64,000 nt of DNA from Pecten maximus (lineage: Eukaryota), in assembly GCF_902652985.1 (NCBI RefSeq), contig NC_047027.1, forward strand, positions 37,696,001 through 37,760,000. The letters run 5' to 3'. Both the position numbers and the translations under genes were made by a program. Position 1 is the stretch's first letter. Every line of letters begins with the position of its first letter. The notes under the pieces are model-generated. The model had not been told where the DNA came from. It saw only the letters and a program-made list of their open reading frames with translations, and did not search any database. This document shows positions 26,981 through 40,654 of the stretch, piece by piece.

Positions 26981-27807
26981 ATACACAGGCTTGTATAAGG
27001 AGACCTCCCTCTTGAAGACCTAAATAAGGTGGTCTCTCTACACAGGTTGTCCCTCAATACAGATGGTCTCTTAACACAGGTTGGCCCTCAATACAGGTGG
27101 TCTCTTAACACAGGTTGTCCCTCAATACAGGTGTTCTCTTATCACAGATGCTCTCGTGATACAGGTGGTCTCTTAATACAGGTTGGCCCTCAATACAGGT
27201 GTTCTCTTATCTCAGGTGCTCTCGTGATACAGGTGGTCTCTCTACACAGGTTGTCCCTCAATACAGGTGGTCTCTCTACACAGGTTGTCCCTCAATACAG
27301 GTGTTCTCTTATCACAGGTGCTCTCATGCTACAGGTGGTCTCTTAACACAGGTTGTCCCTCTATACAGGTGTTCTCTTATCACAGGTGCTCTCGTGATAC
27401 AGGTGGTCTCTCTACACAGGTTGTCCCTCCATACAGGTGGTCTCTCTACTCAGGTTGTCCCTCCATACAGGCGGTCTCTTAACACAGATGATCTCTTAAC
27501 ACAGATGGGGGTCATTTCTTACATGTGGTCAATTCATACAGGTGGTATCTCTACACAGGTTGGCCCTCCATGCAGGTGGTATCTTAATAATGTGGTCCCT
27601 TAACACAGGTGGTAACTAATCGAGGTGGTCTCTTCATATGGGTGATCTCCTAACACAGGTGGTCTCTTAACACAGGTGGTCTCTTAACACCGGTGGTCTC
27701 TTAACACAGGTGGTCTCTTCATACAGGTAGGCTCTTAATACAGGGATAATATCTTAACAAATAGCCACTTTATATTGGTAGTTTCTATATTGACACAGGT
27801 TATCAAG

Positions 27808-27845
<38 letters not shown>

Positions 27846-28270
27846 AATTAACACAATGTTTCTGTCTTTAATTAACACAATGTCACGGTCACTAATTAAC
27901 GCTGGTAGTCTCATTAGCACATGCACACAGGTGATCTGTAACTTAAACACAGGTGGTCTCTAATTAACACAGGTTGTCTCTAATTAACAGAGATGGTCTC
28001 TTGTCACAGGTGATGTTTTATTTCACCTATTTGGGATGGGGCACCTTTTCTCATTTCAGAAAGAAAATTCAGACATTGGGATGAACAACAAATTTTGGAA
28101 ATTTGGCTGTAATAAGACATAAATTCAAAGGATTTCCATGAAAAAAACAGCCGATAAAGGTGCTCCCATATATGTAGCACAGGCCAGGTGACTCCTTAAT
28201 ACAGGTGGTCTCTTTACACAGGTTCCTCAACACAAGGGTCTGTGATTAATACAGGTGGTCTCAGTAAAAA
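26981..28270. repeat. 17-bp-period ACAGGT minisatellite, probably expanded internal repeats of a Tc1/mariner (pogo-like) MITE
   Basis: Units ACAGGTGGTCTCTTAAC / ACAGGTTGTCCCTCAAT; begins with an inverted TIR-like head (CTTGTATAAGGAGACCTCC); interrupted by (TA)n at 27811-27844 and by a MITE remnant at ~28005-28165. Confidence 0.85.
28005..28165 (+). mobile_element. Degenerate copy of the hAT-like MITE
   Basis: Shares TTTGGGATGGGGC…CTCATTT…AAATTTTGGAAATTTGGCT with 40776-40959. Confidence 0.5.
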
Positions 28271-29314
28271 GTGGTTTAAATTCAAAAGTTAAAACAGAAC
28301 ATCCCGCAGGGAACTTTCACATATGAATATTTTGTATTTGGTCATGTTTAAATTTTTATCTCATCCTGCTTGAGTTACGAGCCAGGGGCTAACTTAAGGT
28401 GTGGTACGTATGATGTCAAATTCTCACTCCTGAATGGGGCTTCCGATCGATTGTTACCTGACGGAAAAGGTAACAATAGAAAACATGTTCTTGATTGATG
28501 TTTCTAGTTTCACCATTTATTGAAACATTTGATTAAAAATGAATCACGATCCAAAAGTGAACAAAAAATATCGAATTTTATTCGTTTTGAACAGGATCTG
28601 ATGTTACGTACGTCATGGGGTATATTTGTATAGAATAGTGCTGCGTATGTAAAATCATACATGTTAAACAGGGTAAAGTGTCTAACATTAAACAGCGTCC
28701 AATTGTTTATTGTGTATTATTTATAAAACCTGCATCATCAGGCACTCAGAAAAATAAATAAATCTGTCAATATTGCCATATCTTATACCAACACCTGATA
28801 ATGACATTCATAGCAGCGTGAATGCAGCTCGTGGCAGATGATGTTTGCTTTGGTGTGCAGTGACGACATTACTGTATGAGAATTTAGTTTTTGTTTTGAA
28901 AGTCGATGTTTTAATAATTCAATATCTGTGCCATTTTCAATGAATCCCACACACAATATAAAGTTTTCCTAGCTTTTTAAAGTATCGCCAATGTGATCTG
29001 GCAATATTAAATATCCTTTAATATCACAACTATCTGACCCTATACAGGGAAAATCAGTTCTGAAAAGGAATAAGGAATTTGAAGAAAAAAAAACTATGGT
29101 TCAGTTTTTTACCTTCAAAACACATTTTCCATGTGAAAACACCAAATTGTTAATTAGGAAAGCAAATCTGTAGTGCCATAGAAATGAGGGGAAAATACAA
29201 TTATATTTCAGTGAATTTTGAAGTCTGAGGGGTGAAATGGAAGAAAATCCTGAGGGGAACCTACCCTTAAACAGTAATGAAAAATCCTTAGATTGATCCC
29301 TGTTATACGGCAGA

Positions 29315-30781
29315 ACACATTGGTCTGATTAAACTTTCTAATCTGACACCCTACAGGTTACAACACATTGGTCAGATTAACCTCTAATCTGACACCCTAC
29401 AGGTTACAACATATTGGTCAGTTTAACCTCTCTAATCTGACACCCTACAGGTTACAACATATTTGTCAGATTAACCTCTCTAATCTGACACCCTACAGGT
29501 TACAACACATTGGTCAGATTAACCTGTCTAATCTGACACCCTACAGGTTACAACATATTGGTCATAGTAACCTGTCTAATCTGACGACCTACAGGTTACA
29601 ACACAGTGGTCAGTTTAACCCCTCTAATCTGACACCCTACAGGTTACAACATATTGGTCAGATTAACCTCTCTAATCTGACACCCCTACAGTAGGACACA
29701 ATATATTGGTCAGATTAACCTGTCTAATCTGACACCCTACAAGTTACAACATATTGGTCAGATTAACCAGTCTAATCTGACACCCTACAGGTTGCAATAT
29801 ATTGGTCAGATTAACCTGTCTAATCTGTCACCCTACAGGTTACAACATATTAGTCAGATTAACCTGTCTAATCTGACACCCTGTAGGACAAAACATATTG
29901 GTCACATTAACCTGTCTAATCTGACACCCTACAGGTTACAACATATTGGTCAGATTAACCTGTCTAATCTGACACCCTACAAGTTACAACATATTGGTCA
30001 GTTTAACCTGTCTAATCTGACACCCTACAGGTTACAACATATTGGTCATATTAACCTCTCTAATCTGACACCCTACAGGTTACAACATATTGGTCAGTTT
30101 AACCTGTCTAATCTGACTCCCTACAGGTTACAACATATTGGTCATATTAACCTCTCTAATCTGACACCTACAGGTTACAACATATTGGTCAGATTAACCT
30201 CTCTAATCTGACACCCTACAGGTTACAACATATTGGTCAGATTAACCTGTCTAATCTGACACCTACAGGTTACAACATATTGGTCAGATTAACCTGTCTA
30301 ATCTGTCACCCTACAGGTTACAACATATTGGTCATATTAACCTGTCTAATCTGACTCCTTACAGGCTACAACATATTGGTCAGATTAACCTGTCTAATCT
30401 GACATCCTACAGGTTACAACATATTGGTCAGATTAACCTCTCCAATCTGACACCCTACAGGTTACAACATATTGGTCAGGTTAACCTGTCTAATCTGACA
30501 CCCTACAGGTTACAACATATTGGTCAGAGTAACCTCTCTAATCTGACACCCTACAGGTTACAACATATTGGTCAGATTAACCTTTCTAATCTGACACCCT
30601 AAGGTTACAACATATTGGTCAGATTAACCTGTCTAATCTGACACCCTACAGGTTACAACACATTGGTCAGATTAACCTCTCTAATCTGACACCCTACAGG
30701 TTACAACAATTTGGTCAGTCTAATCTGACACCCTACAGGTTACAACACATTGGTCAGATTAAACTGTCTAATCTGACACCC
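29315..30781. repeat. Minisatellite, 48-bp unit, ~30 copies
   Basis: CTAATCTGACACCCTACAGGTTACAACATATTGGTCAGATTAACCTGT; translates to the 16-aa pseudo-repeat NLTPYRLQHIGQINLS seen in the ORF track. Confidence 0.98.
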
Positions 30782-31287
30782 TTATGGACTTACACAATGT
30801 CATATATTGTTGACAGGATTCACACAAGTACAATTGTAATAGATGTTGGAATTCCGTCACCACATGTACATCTAACTATAGAAATAAGGAGAAAAAAATG
30901 TAGGCATCTCTGAAGTAGAGTTTATGTTTGAATGAATGTGAGGGTGCCCTTATTTGGGCAGACACGGTTACAGGACACTGTATGGTAATTGGTTGGTCAG
31001 GGCCGGAGGAGAAAGACATACATTGCATTTTGTACGTGATGTATTTGATTGGGACGGAGTTTACGCAGTGGAGTACCTGAGGAGGGGGGAGGGGGGTGTC
31101 TGGCTGGAGGACCCGTAAGCTGGGAGGTAATTTACTTTACATCGTTAAGTTGTCTGGGTAGGGTTTGGACTTGTCACCTACGGAGATATATACAGTGAAC
31201 TCAGAGTGGAAGCCTGTTTGAGAACCAGACTCTGCAGACTCCACTAGGAAAGGCTTGTCTGGTCTTCCAGCTGTGGTCATAGACGAC

Positions 31288-32363
31288 CTGTCAAAAATAC
31301 TAAATAAAATCTTGACAGTAGCATTATTTTCAGTAGTTTTCAAGCCTCTTTTAAACTTGACTACAATATGAAGTCAGAGTCAGGTTTAAAATTCTAGAGT
31401 TATCTCCCCTTGCTATTGAATCTACATGATAAAAGTTGATGTGTCAGCATTATAGAAATCACTTTCACTGTCAAAAATACTAAATAAAATCTTGACAGTA
31501 GCATTATTTTCAGTAGTTTTCAAGCCTCTTTTAAACTTGACTACAATACAAAGTCAGAGTCAGGTTTAAAATTCTAGAGTTATCTCCCCTTGCTATTGAA
31601 TCTACATGATGAAAGTTGATGTGTCAGCATTATAGAAATCACTTTCACTGTCAAAAATACTAAATAAAATCTTGACAGTAGCATTATTTTCAGTAGTTTT
31701 CAAGCCTCTTTTAAACTTGACTACAATACAAAGTCAGAGTCAGGTTTAAAATTCTAGAGTTATCTCCCCTTGCTATTGAATCTGCATGATGAAAGTTGAT
31801 GTGTCAGCATTATAGAAATCACTTTCACTGTCAAAAATACTAAATAAAATCTTGACAGTAGCATTATTTTCAGTAGTTTTCAAGCCTCTTTTAAACTTGA
31901 CTACAATATGAAGTCAGAGTCAGGTTTAAAATTCTAGAGTTATCTCCCCTTGCTATTGAATCTGCATGATGAAAGTTGATGTGTCAGCATTATAGAAATC
32001 ACTTTCACTGTCAAAAAAAATAAATAAAATCTTGACAGTAGCATTATTTTCAGTAGTTTTCAAGCCTCTTTTAAACTTGACTACAATATAAAGTCAGAGT
32101 CAGTTTAAAATTCTAGAGTTATCTCCCCTTGCTATTGAATCTGCATGATGAAAGTTGACGTGTCAGCATTATAGAAATCCCTTTCACTGTGAAAAATACT
32201 AAATAAAATCTTGACAGTAGCATTATTTTCAGTAGTTTTCAAGCCTCTTTTAAACTTGACTACAATATGAAGTCAGAGTCAGGTTTAAAATTCTAGAGTT
32301 ATCTCCCCTTGCTATTGAATCTACATGATGAAAGTTGATGTGCCAGCATTGTAGAAATCACTT
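31288..32363. repeat. Satellite-like array, 180-bp unit, 6 near-identical copies
   Basis: Rows repeat in register every 180 nt (31321, 31501, 31681, 31861, 32041); few substitutions and one 1-bp deletion. Confidence 0.98.
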
Positions 32364-32711
32364 GGCTGGGTTTGAATCTGCTCACCATTTTGTCTCCCAG
32401 GAGCATTGTTTTATGATTTATCTAAACTCAAGTTTGGCTGTCCTATGTAAATAAGAGATAAGTATCGACTGTTGTGCCTATAGCCAGAAATCCAGTCGAT
32501 CACATTGTACGTGTAAATATTTATATACACATTATCCTGGATGATCATCATTGGAATGCGTTTTGTCATTTGTTCCGACTAACATACAGCAGTCTGTGTT
32601 GCTATTACAGTTCAATAGTTTACAGACAGAGATATCATCTGTGGTGGAGGAAGTGCCCTGCTATATAAAACTAGCACCACAAGTGGTAATTGATATAAAT
32701 ATAATGGATCA

Positions 32712-32806
32712 GTTTGTTTGCTGGGTTCATGGCCCTGTGAACAGTTAGAGACATTTTGAGGCGGGGTCTCCTTGTAGTAGTTGGTGACTACCTCACTGGA
32801 CATCAT
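32712..32806 (-). mobile_element. 3' tail fragment of a third SINE-like family
   Basis: TGAACAG…CATTTTGAGGCGGGGTCTCCTTGTAGTAGTTGGTGACTACCTC; a second copy lies at ~52515-52615; both are preceded by a (TTTG/TTTA)n tail. Confidence 0.6.
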
Positions 32807-32807
32807 T

Positions 32808-33027
32808 GGGGCTGCGGTGGCCGAGTGGTTAAGGTGTCCCGACACTTTAACACTAGCCCTCCACCTCTGGGTTGCGAGTTCGAAGCCTACGTGGGGCAGT
32901 TGCCAGGTACTGACCGTAGGCCGGTGGTTTTTTTCCGGGTTCTCCGGCTTTCCTCCACCTCCAAAACCTGGCACGTCCTTAAATGACCCTGGCTGTTAAT
33001 AGGACGTTAAACAAAAACAAACAAACA
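32808..33027 (+). mobile_element. Full-length tRNA-derived V-domain SINE (family A)
   Basis: A-box TGGCCGAGTGG, B-box GAGTTCGAAGCC, V-domain-like GGTTTTTTTCCGGGTTCTCCGGCTTTCCTCCACC, (CAAA)n tail, candidate 7-bp TSD ACATCAT at 32800 and 33028. Confidence 0.93.
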
Positions 33028-33136
33028 ACATCATACGGTTGGCCCATCACATGATTTTAATGATGGGTAATACGATTTTCAAATACATATATATATAATC
33101 TGTATAGAATTTCAGGTTGGTTAGACAAAAGTGTTA

Positions 33137-33540
33137 ATTATACTCCGTTTCTTCTCATTATTATTCTTGTTTCTTCTTATTTCTTCCGCCGTGGAGCTGA
33201 GGTTTCCATCACTTTTTAGAAACTACTGGGAGGATCTCATGAGACATCACAGACATAAGGGGTGGGGTGTGTGCATGCATGTTTGTTTTTTAGCAATCAG
33301 AAATCAAAGATGGCCACCGGAGCCGATTTCTGTTTTTGGATTTGGTCTCCAATTTCGGTAAAAATTGGTAAATATGGGTTTTTAGGGATCCTGAATAACA
33401 TGATAACATTTTTGGAAAGTTTGGTTGCCACGGTAACATAACGGAGGCCTCTGATGGGTCAAAATTAAGAAATTGTCATATTAAAGTGAAAATTGGTATA
33501 GAAAGGTTATAAGGGATACCGAACACATTGGTATGATTGT
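33137..33540 (+). mobile_element. Helentron/HINE-like non-autonomous element fragment
   Basis: TTATACTCCG start, degenerate (TTC/TTA)n microsatellite, AAGATGGCCACC and GTTGCCACGGTAAC motifs, internal repeat AAAATTGGTA…AGGGAT twice; family name inferred. Confidence 0.45.
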
Positions 33541-35557
33541 GGGGTGTTAGGGGACAGCTGTAATGGCCCCCATTACAATCCGTCCCCATTACAATACATC
33601 CCCATTACAATACATCCCCATTAATATTACAATCAGTGGTTGTTTAATTTGAATTATAGCCCTCTCTAATTGTTACATCGATGTATATACAAAAGTGAGA
33701 GGAAGACAGTTGTTTCATGCGGGTCCATTGTGCCTCTTGTTGAGATTTTTATGGAAACGTTGTCCAGGATACCAGCTTCTAGTGTTCCCATCGGTAACTA
33801 AGTAATATGGTTTACATAGAGTTCTGTTCTGTTGGTGATATTGTTCAATTTTCTCTGGTGTAGAAACTTTTCTCGTTTCATATATATCTGTCGTTCTAAT
33901 TCACACTGCCAGACACGTACAATCCAACACTTGTCGTCTTTAAACCTAATCTTTCAAAGTCGTTCATATGGGAAGGATTCTGACATGGTAAATTTGATAG
34001 AAAGCATTGTAATGTAAGAAATGATTTACCGGCGAGAGTGAATTACCACGAGCTCGAAGGCGGTTTGTAGGGGATAGAGTATAGGGTGTGAAAATCCATG
34101 TGTTAGGTAACTACGCTCTACTCTTCCAGAAACAGGTCCCTGATACGACTTCTTAGAGAAAGACAGCCTATTCATTATTTAAGCCCAGTTGCTTTAATTT
34201 CTTGTAAAACATTACCACAAATTAAATTGGAGTTCCCCGGGATTATCAAAGATACAAGTTTGAAATGGAATGTTGATCCCCCGGAGGATTAAACCCTCTT
34301 CAGTGAGATCGTTGATTTCGTGCTTCACCTCTTTATGGTGAATTCTGGGAAGGAAGCCTCAAGTCTGATATGATGGAATATCTATCTGTGTGTATAACGC
34401 ATGTTAACTATACCAGACTTATTTATACCTTAAAGCTACAGTCATTGCATTTTCTGTGAAGTCAGCAAGTATGTGTCTTACAAAACATGATCATTACATG
34501 AACATTTGAAAACTGAGCAGTAGGCATGATCATTTTGTAACAAAAGCTTCATTTTGACAAAGATTTTTTTCTTATTTTTTTTTTTTTTCGAAACCTATAT
34601 CCCTTTATAAGAATTTATATTGATATTTCTATGCTTAAGCCTTTTCTTTGTCCACAGCATTATTTTGTGAACATAATTATACTGATATGTTAAGCCTCCT
34701 TGATGATTGATAAATACTTACATAAACATTTAGGTGACTCTGACCAACCAGTAATTAACATCTTCATGATTTCACATTTGTTTTGTATTTCATTAAACAT
34801 TTTGGTGACCATGATTATAATTTACAATTTTTTGATCATTCATGATCATAACCAAGGTAATTAAATAATTAATTAATTATTCGTTAAGCTCCATGATGAC
34901 TATATTTTCTTGTGGAATTTGCTGAACAGGTTGCAATATAATCCATTACCTTAAGCATAAAAAATAAATTTGAAATCCTCTGAACACAATATAAATACAT
35001 GTATACCATTCATTCAGGTTATATGGCATTTATTTTATCAAATGTTTTTTGTGCTGAAACTTGTGTATGAACATTTTGGCAATTTTTGTATATTTTGAGT
35101 TTCATGTTTCCCTTAATTGGTGCTTTATTTCAATACTGAGACGGGAACTTCAGATGTACAATGACGACATGTATAATTGAGTTATTGATTGGTTCAAAAT
35201 ATTTCACAACTCCGCTGGGCATGAAAGTACACTGACAAGGACCATTTAACATATAGGCATTAACTTATTGCTATCCGATATATTGGAGAGAAATTTACAA
35301 AACTGATCAATTTTATTCATGTATACTTTACGCAATAAATTTAGGTGTATGTAGAACAATGGTACCATACACCCTTAAATGAAATCAATCAAAACATAAA
35401 TTATTATGTTTTAATTTAAGATGTCACATTTTATGATATACGGACAGAAACACTCTGGATTTGGTAAGATAGCTGTTCTTTCCAAATCTTTCCCAGGAAG
35501 GTGTTTCCTGTACAGCAGTTGCTAGCTGATTATAGTTATATAGGCGCTATATGTACT

Positions 35558-36012
35558 TATATATAGAGGATACGCACTCGTGAAAAATCTCAAAATATCA
35601 AAAAAAAACACTCGTGAAATGTACTTGGTATTACTGAAGATACTGTTAGATATTCTGTTTATTATATTTTATAGCAAAATATACCGAGGCAGCTCAATCT
35701 CTCCCAGAATTCATTGCGGTCCCCTGTCAACGGCTTACAAATGTACGCAAAATTGTGACGTTATGTATTCTATCTTGCATTATGACGTCATAAAACATGA
35801 CGGAAAGCTAATACGCAAATCAAAATTTTCCACATTGTCGTTTGTAAGCAGTGTTCTGATTGGTCAAATCAGAAAAATTGAAATTTTTCGTGAAATTTTT
35901 CGCAAAAATGTCAGAAAAAGTGATAATTTTCACTAGTGAAAAAAAAATCATGTTTATATAGAATGAATAACTCTCAATATTTCCCTGGTAAATCTATAAT
36001 AGATATATATAT
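35558..36012. mobile_element. Second, inverted copy of the palindromic Crypton-like element, lacking one palindrome arm
   Basis: TATATATAGAGGATA is joined directly to CGCACTCGTGAAAAAT…TATTACTGAAGA(T)ACTGTTAGATATTCTGTTTATTA; the distal end matches the reverse complement of 15601-15690. Confidence 0.7.
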
Positions 36013-36597
36013 ATTCTGTTTTCCATAGTAGATCCTCAATCATTGCCCTACTATTGTCAAATGCCGTGAAATGGCAGTTCCCCGGCTATTGATGAGGATT
36101 TGAGATGCGTATGGAGAGATTGTCTATGTGTAAATTGACGGCCTCCAACCCCGGTTGGCGTGACGATACGCAGTGTGGTGGCCTGGTTTTATCCAGAGCC
36201 GAGTCATCGGTGCCACACACATCCAGTATATATCATGGCATGTTGTTTGGGCAATAATGGAATCGTGTTTTAATTAAATTTCATTCTGATCACTGTTTTA
36301 CATGAGAAGAGATTCTCCGTACATAGCTGCACAGATGTAGTGGTGCGCTTGACCTTGTGCCATAGGTGCATTTGCGACTATGTGTAAAGTTTATCTGATT
36401 AAAGTGAGATGAATCAGAAAGATACATATACATTCAGGGTGTTTTTTGTATTAATGAAGACCATGAAACAAGTCAGGTATAACGTATTTATCACCATAGA
36501 ATGACCTCACCAGGCCTCTGGGGTACCCAGTCACGTCGGGATCAGATGTTGGAAAGTGTACACGTACTCAGGTTGGGTACTCAGTCAGTCTGCTGAC

Positions 36598-39390
36598 GGG
36601 TATCTGACTCTATGGGTAGGTGTGGTATCTGACTCTATGGGTAGGTGTGGTATCTGACTATATGGGTAGGTGTTGTATCTGACTATATGGGTAGGTGTTG
36701 TGACTGACTATATGGGTGAGTGTGGTATCTGACTATATGGGTAGGTGTGGTATCTGACTATATGGGTAGGTGTTGTATCTGACTATATGGGTAGGTGTTG
36801 TGACTGACTATATGGGTGAGTGTGGTATCTGACTATGGGTAGGTGTTGTATCTGACTCTATGGGTAGGTGTGGTATCTGACTCTATGGGTAGGTGTGGTA
36901 TCTGACTATATGGGTAGATGTTGTGACTGACTATATGGGTAGGTGTTGTGACTGACTATATGGGTAGATGTTGTGACTGACTATATGGGTAGGTGTGGTA
37001 TCTGACTATATGGGTAGGTGTTGTGACTGACTATATGGGTAGGTGTTGTATCTGACTATATGGGTAGGTGTGGTATCTGACTATATGGGTAGGTGTTGTG
37101 ACTGACTATATGGGTAGGTGTTGTGACTGACTATATGGGTAGGTGTGGTATCTGACTATATGGGTAGATGTTGTGACTGACTATATGGGTAGGTGTGGTA
37201 TCTGACTATATGGGTAGGTGTTGTGACTGACTATATGGGTAGGTGTGGTATCTGACTCTATGGGTAGGTGTTATGACTGACTATATGGGTAGGTGTGGTA
37301 TCTGACTCTATGGGTAGGTGTTGTGACTGACTATATGGGTAGGTGTGGTATCTGACTATATGGGTAGGTGTGGTATCTGACTCTATGGGTAGGTGTTATG
37401 ACTGACTATATGGGTAGGTGTGGTATCTGACTCTATGGGTAGGTGTTATGACTGACTATATGGGTAGGTGTGGTACCTGACTATATGGGTAGGTGTGGTA
37501 TCTGACTATATGGGTAGGTGTGGTATCTGACTATATGGGTAGGTGTGGTATCTGACTCTATGGGTAGGTGTGGTATCTGACTCTATGGGTAGGTGTGGTA
37601 TCTGACTCTATGGGTAGGTGTGGTATCTGACTATATGGGTAGGTGTTGTGACTGACTATATGGGTAGGTGTGGTATCTGACTCTATGGGTAGGTGTTGTG
37701 ACTGACTATATGGGTAGGTGTGGTATCTGACTATATGGGTAGGTGTTGTGACTGACTATATGGGTAGGTGTTGTGACTGACTATATGGGTAGGTGTGGTA
37801 TCTGACTCTATGGGTAGGTGTGGTATCTGACTCTATGGGTAGGTGTGGTATCTGACTCTATGGGTAGGTGTGGTATCTGACTCTATGGGTAGGTGTGGTA
37901 TCTGACTATATGGGTAGGTGTGGTATCTGACTATATGGGTAGGTGTGGTATCTGACTCTATGGGTAGGTGTGGTATCTGACTCTATGGGTAGGTGTGGTA
38001 TCTGACTATATGGGTAGGTGTGGTATCTGACTCTATGGTAAGGTATTATGACTGACTATATGGGTAGGTGTTGTGACTGACTATATGGGTAGGTGTAGTA
38101 TCTGACTATATGGGTAGGTGTTGTGACTGACTATATGGGTAGGTGTGGTACCTGACTATATGGGTAGGTGTTGTAACTGACTATATGGGTAGGTGTGGTA
38201 TCTGACTCTATGGGTAGGTGTGGTATCTGACTCTATGGGTAGGTGTGGTATCTGACTCTATGGGTAGGTGTGGTATCTGACTCTATGGGTAGGTGTTGTG
38301 ACTGACTTTATGGGTAGGTGTGGTACCTGACTATATGGGTAGGTGTGGTATCTGACTCTATGGGTAGGTGTGGTATCTGACTATATGGGTAGGTGTTGTG
38401 ACTGACTCTATGGGTAGGTGTGGTATCTGACTGTATGGGTAGGTGTTGTGACTGACTATATGGGTAGGTGTGGTATCTGACTCTATGGGTAGGTGTTATG
38501 ACTGACTATATGGGTAGGTGTGGTATCTGACTCTATGGGTAGGTGTGGTATCTGACTATATGGGTAAGTGTTGTGACTGACTCTATGGGTAGGTGTGGTA
38601 TCTGACTCTATGGGTAGGTGTGGTATCTGACTATATGGGTAAGTGTTGTGACTGACTCTATGGGTAGGTGTGGTATCTGACTATATGGGTAGGTGTGGTA
38701 TCTGACTCTATGGGTAGGTGTTGTGACTGACTATATGGGTAGGTGTGGTATCTGACTATATGGGTAGGTGTGGTATCTGACTCTATGGGTAGGTGTTATG
38801 ACTGACTATATGGGTAGGTGTGGTATCTGACTCTATGGGTAGGTGTGGTATCTGACTATATGGGTAAGTGTTGTGACTGACTCTATGGGTAGGTGTGGTA
38901 TCTGACTGTATGGGTAGGTGTTGTGACTGACTATATGGGTAGGTGTGGTATCTGACTATATGGGTAGGTGTGGTATCTGACTCTATGGTAAGGTGTTATG
39001 ACTGACTATATGGGTAGGTGTGGTATCTGACTCTATGGGTAGGTGAGGTATCTGACTATATGGGTAGGTGTGATATCTGACTCTATGGGTAGGTGTAGGT
39101 GTGGTATCTGACTATATGGGTAGGTGTGGTATCTGACTCTATGGGTAGGTGTGGTATCTGACTCTATGGGTAGGTGTGGTATCTGACTATATGGGTAGGT
39201 ATGGTATCTGACTATATGGGTAGGTGTGGTATCTGACTATATGGGTAGGTGTTATGACTGTCTACTATATGGGTAGGTGTTATGACTGTCTACTATATGG
39301 GTAGGTGTTATGACTGTCTACTATATGGGTGAGTGTAGTGACTGACTATATGGGTATAGGTGTGGTATATCTGACTATATGGGTAGATGT
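36598..39390. repeat. Large minisatellite, 25-bp unit, ~110 copies
   Basis: GGGTAGGTGT(GGTAT/TGTGA/TATGA)CTGACT(A/C)TAT; strongly G/T-rich + strand. Confidence 0.99.
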
Positions 39391-39884
39391 ACTCGATTAT
39401 CTGGATGAGCTGTCTATTATCACTGACATTTATTTAGATTTTGGACAGAGTACAGAAGATTTGACACTGGACAGATTTATTAATTACCCGTGACAAAAGT
39501 TGGTCAAGTATAATCTGCCAAGGTGATATTTCTCCACCTTATTACAAAGTGATCACATGACCATATAATTGCCAGTAAACACGGCAACTCATAGGATGTT
39601 TTTAGGGCTAAATACAAACATTAACGATGATAATTGTGGCCACTTAACTTCAGACAAGTTTAAATCATGTTTATTTAGGCAACGACATGCTTTTTAATTC
39701 CATTGATTTAGTTTTGAAATATAAATCATTGTGCTGCTGTATCCGGCCGCCATTAATCCATTTGTCCTTCCATCGAACAGCCAGTGGCTTTTATCATATC
39801 TGGCCAATTCTAAACATGGAGGTCAGCATTCCACTTTACGCTGGTGCTGTGATCAGAATGTACCCAATATATACTAGCTGTTTA

Positions 39885-40090
39885 AATACTGGTCCCCAAT
39901 TTCATTCTATTTATAGCTCAGTTTGAAGATCGTCCATCTAAATAATGGTCCCCCAATTTTGTTCTATTTATAGCTCATTTTGTTGACCGGCCATCTAAAT
40001 ACCGTCCATCTAAATACTGGTGCCCGATTTCATTCTATCAGTAGCTCATCATTATGTAGCTAGGCCATCCATCTGGAACTCCAAATACTG
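39885..40090. repeat. Degenerate ~60-bp tandem repeat, ~3 copies
   Basis: AAATACTGGTCCCCAATTTCATTCTATTTATAGCTCA…CCATCT recurring. Confidence 0.75.
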
Positions 40091-40654
40091 CCACCTTTAA
40101 TTCCAAATGATCTTCCTGGTCCAAGCCTTTGTGCTTTATGAGATTAAATATCTGACCTTTGACCCTTGACATTATGTTGTCAATATTGACAGAAAAGTGT
40201 TAACCAAACCAGGCCTAGATCATGGTCAAATCGCAGATTGAGAAATGGCCAATCGAAATTGACCGAATATGTCTCGGATCAAAATTGACCTAACGTGTCT
40301 TAGAAATCGTGTCCAGTGGTTGTTATCTAGTTTAATGGTGTAGATTTCTGACAGTGATTGATGATTACTTTGGGATGTAGGTAACACATATTACAGTTTA
40401 TTTGTTCTGTTCGGGTCAAACTCTGTATCATATTTTGTAATGCCACACTTGGGATTTACTGCCCTGTATCCGCTTTTCATTAGCGGTAATTTCCAATCAA
40501 TATTCAGGACCAAATGAAATACTCTTTCAGGTCAATTAATCACTTTCTTAGTTTGCAGATCAAAAAGATGTGTTGTCTCAATACTCTACTGGTGTGTGTT
40601 TTAGTACTACTGTGGGTCAAACATATAAACGCTTGGAAGACTCTGATATACTCT

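Noticed and set aside
30948-30957. Perfect CArG box CCTTATTTGG
   Set aside because: Several are expected by chance in 64 kb of AT-rich DNA, and the context resembles the degraded MITE end at 54018-54044
32808-32895. tRNA gene
   Set aside because: A and B boxes are present, but the sequence continues into a SINE body and tail and has diverged copies elsewhere in the window; it is a SINE head
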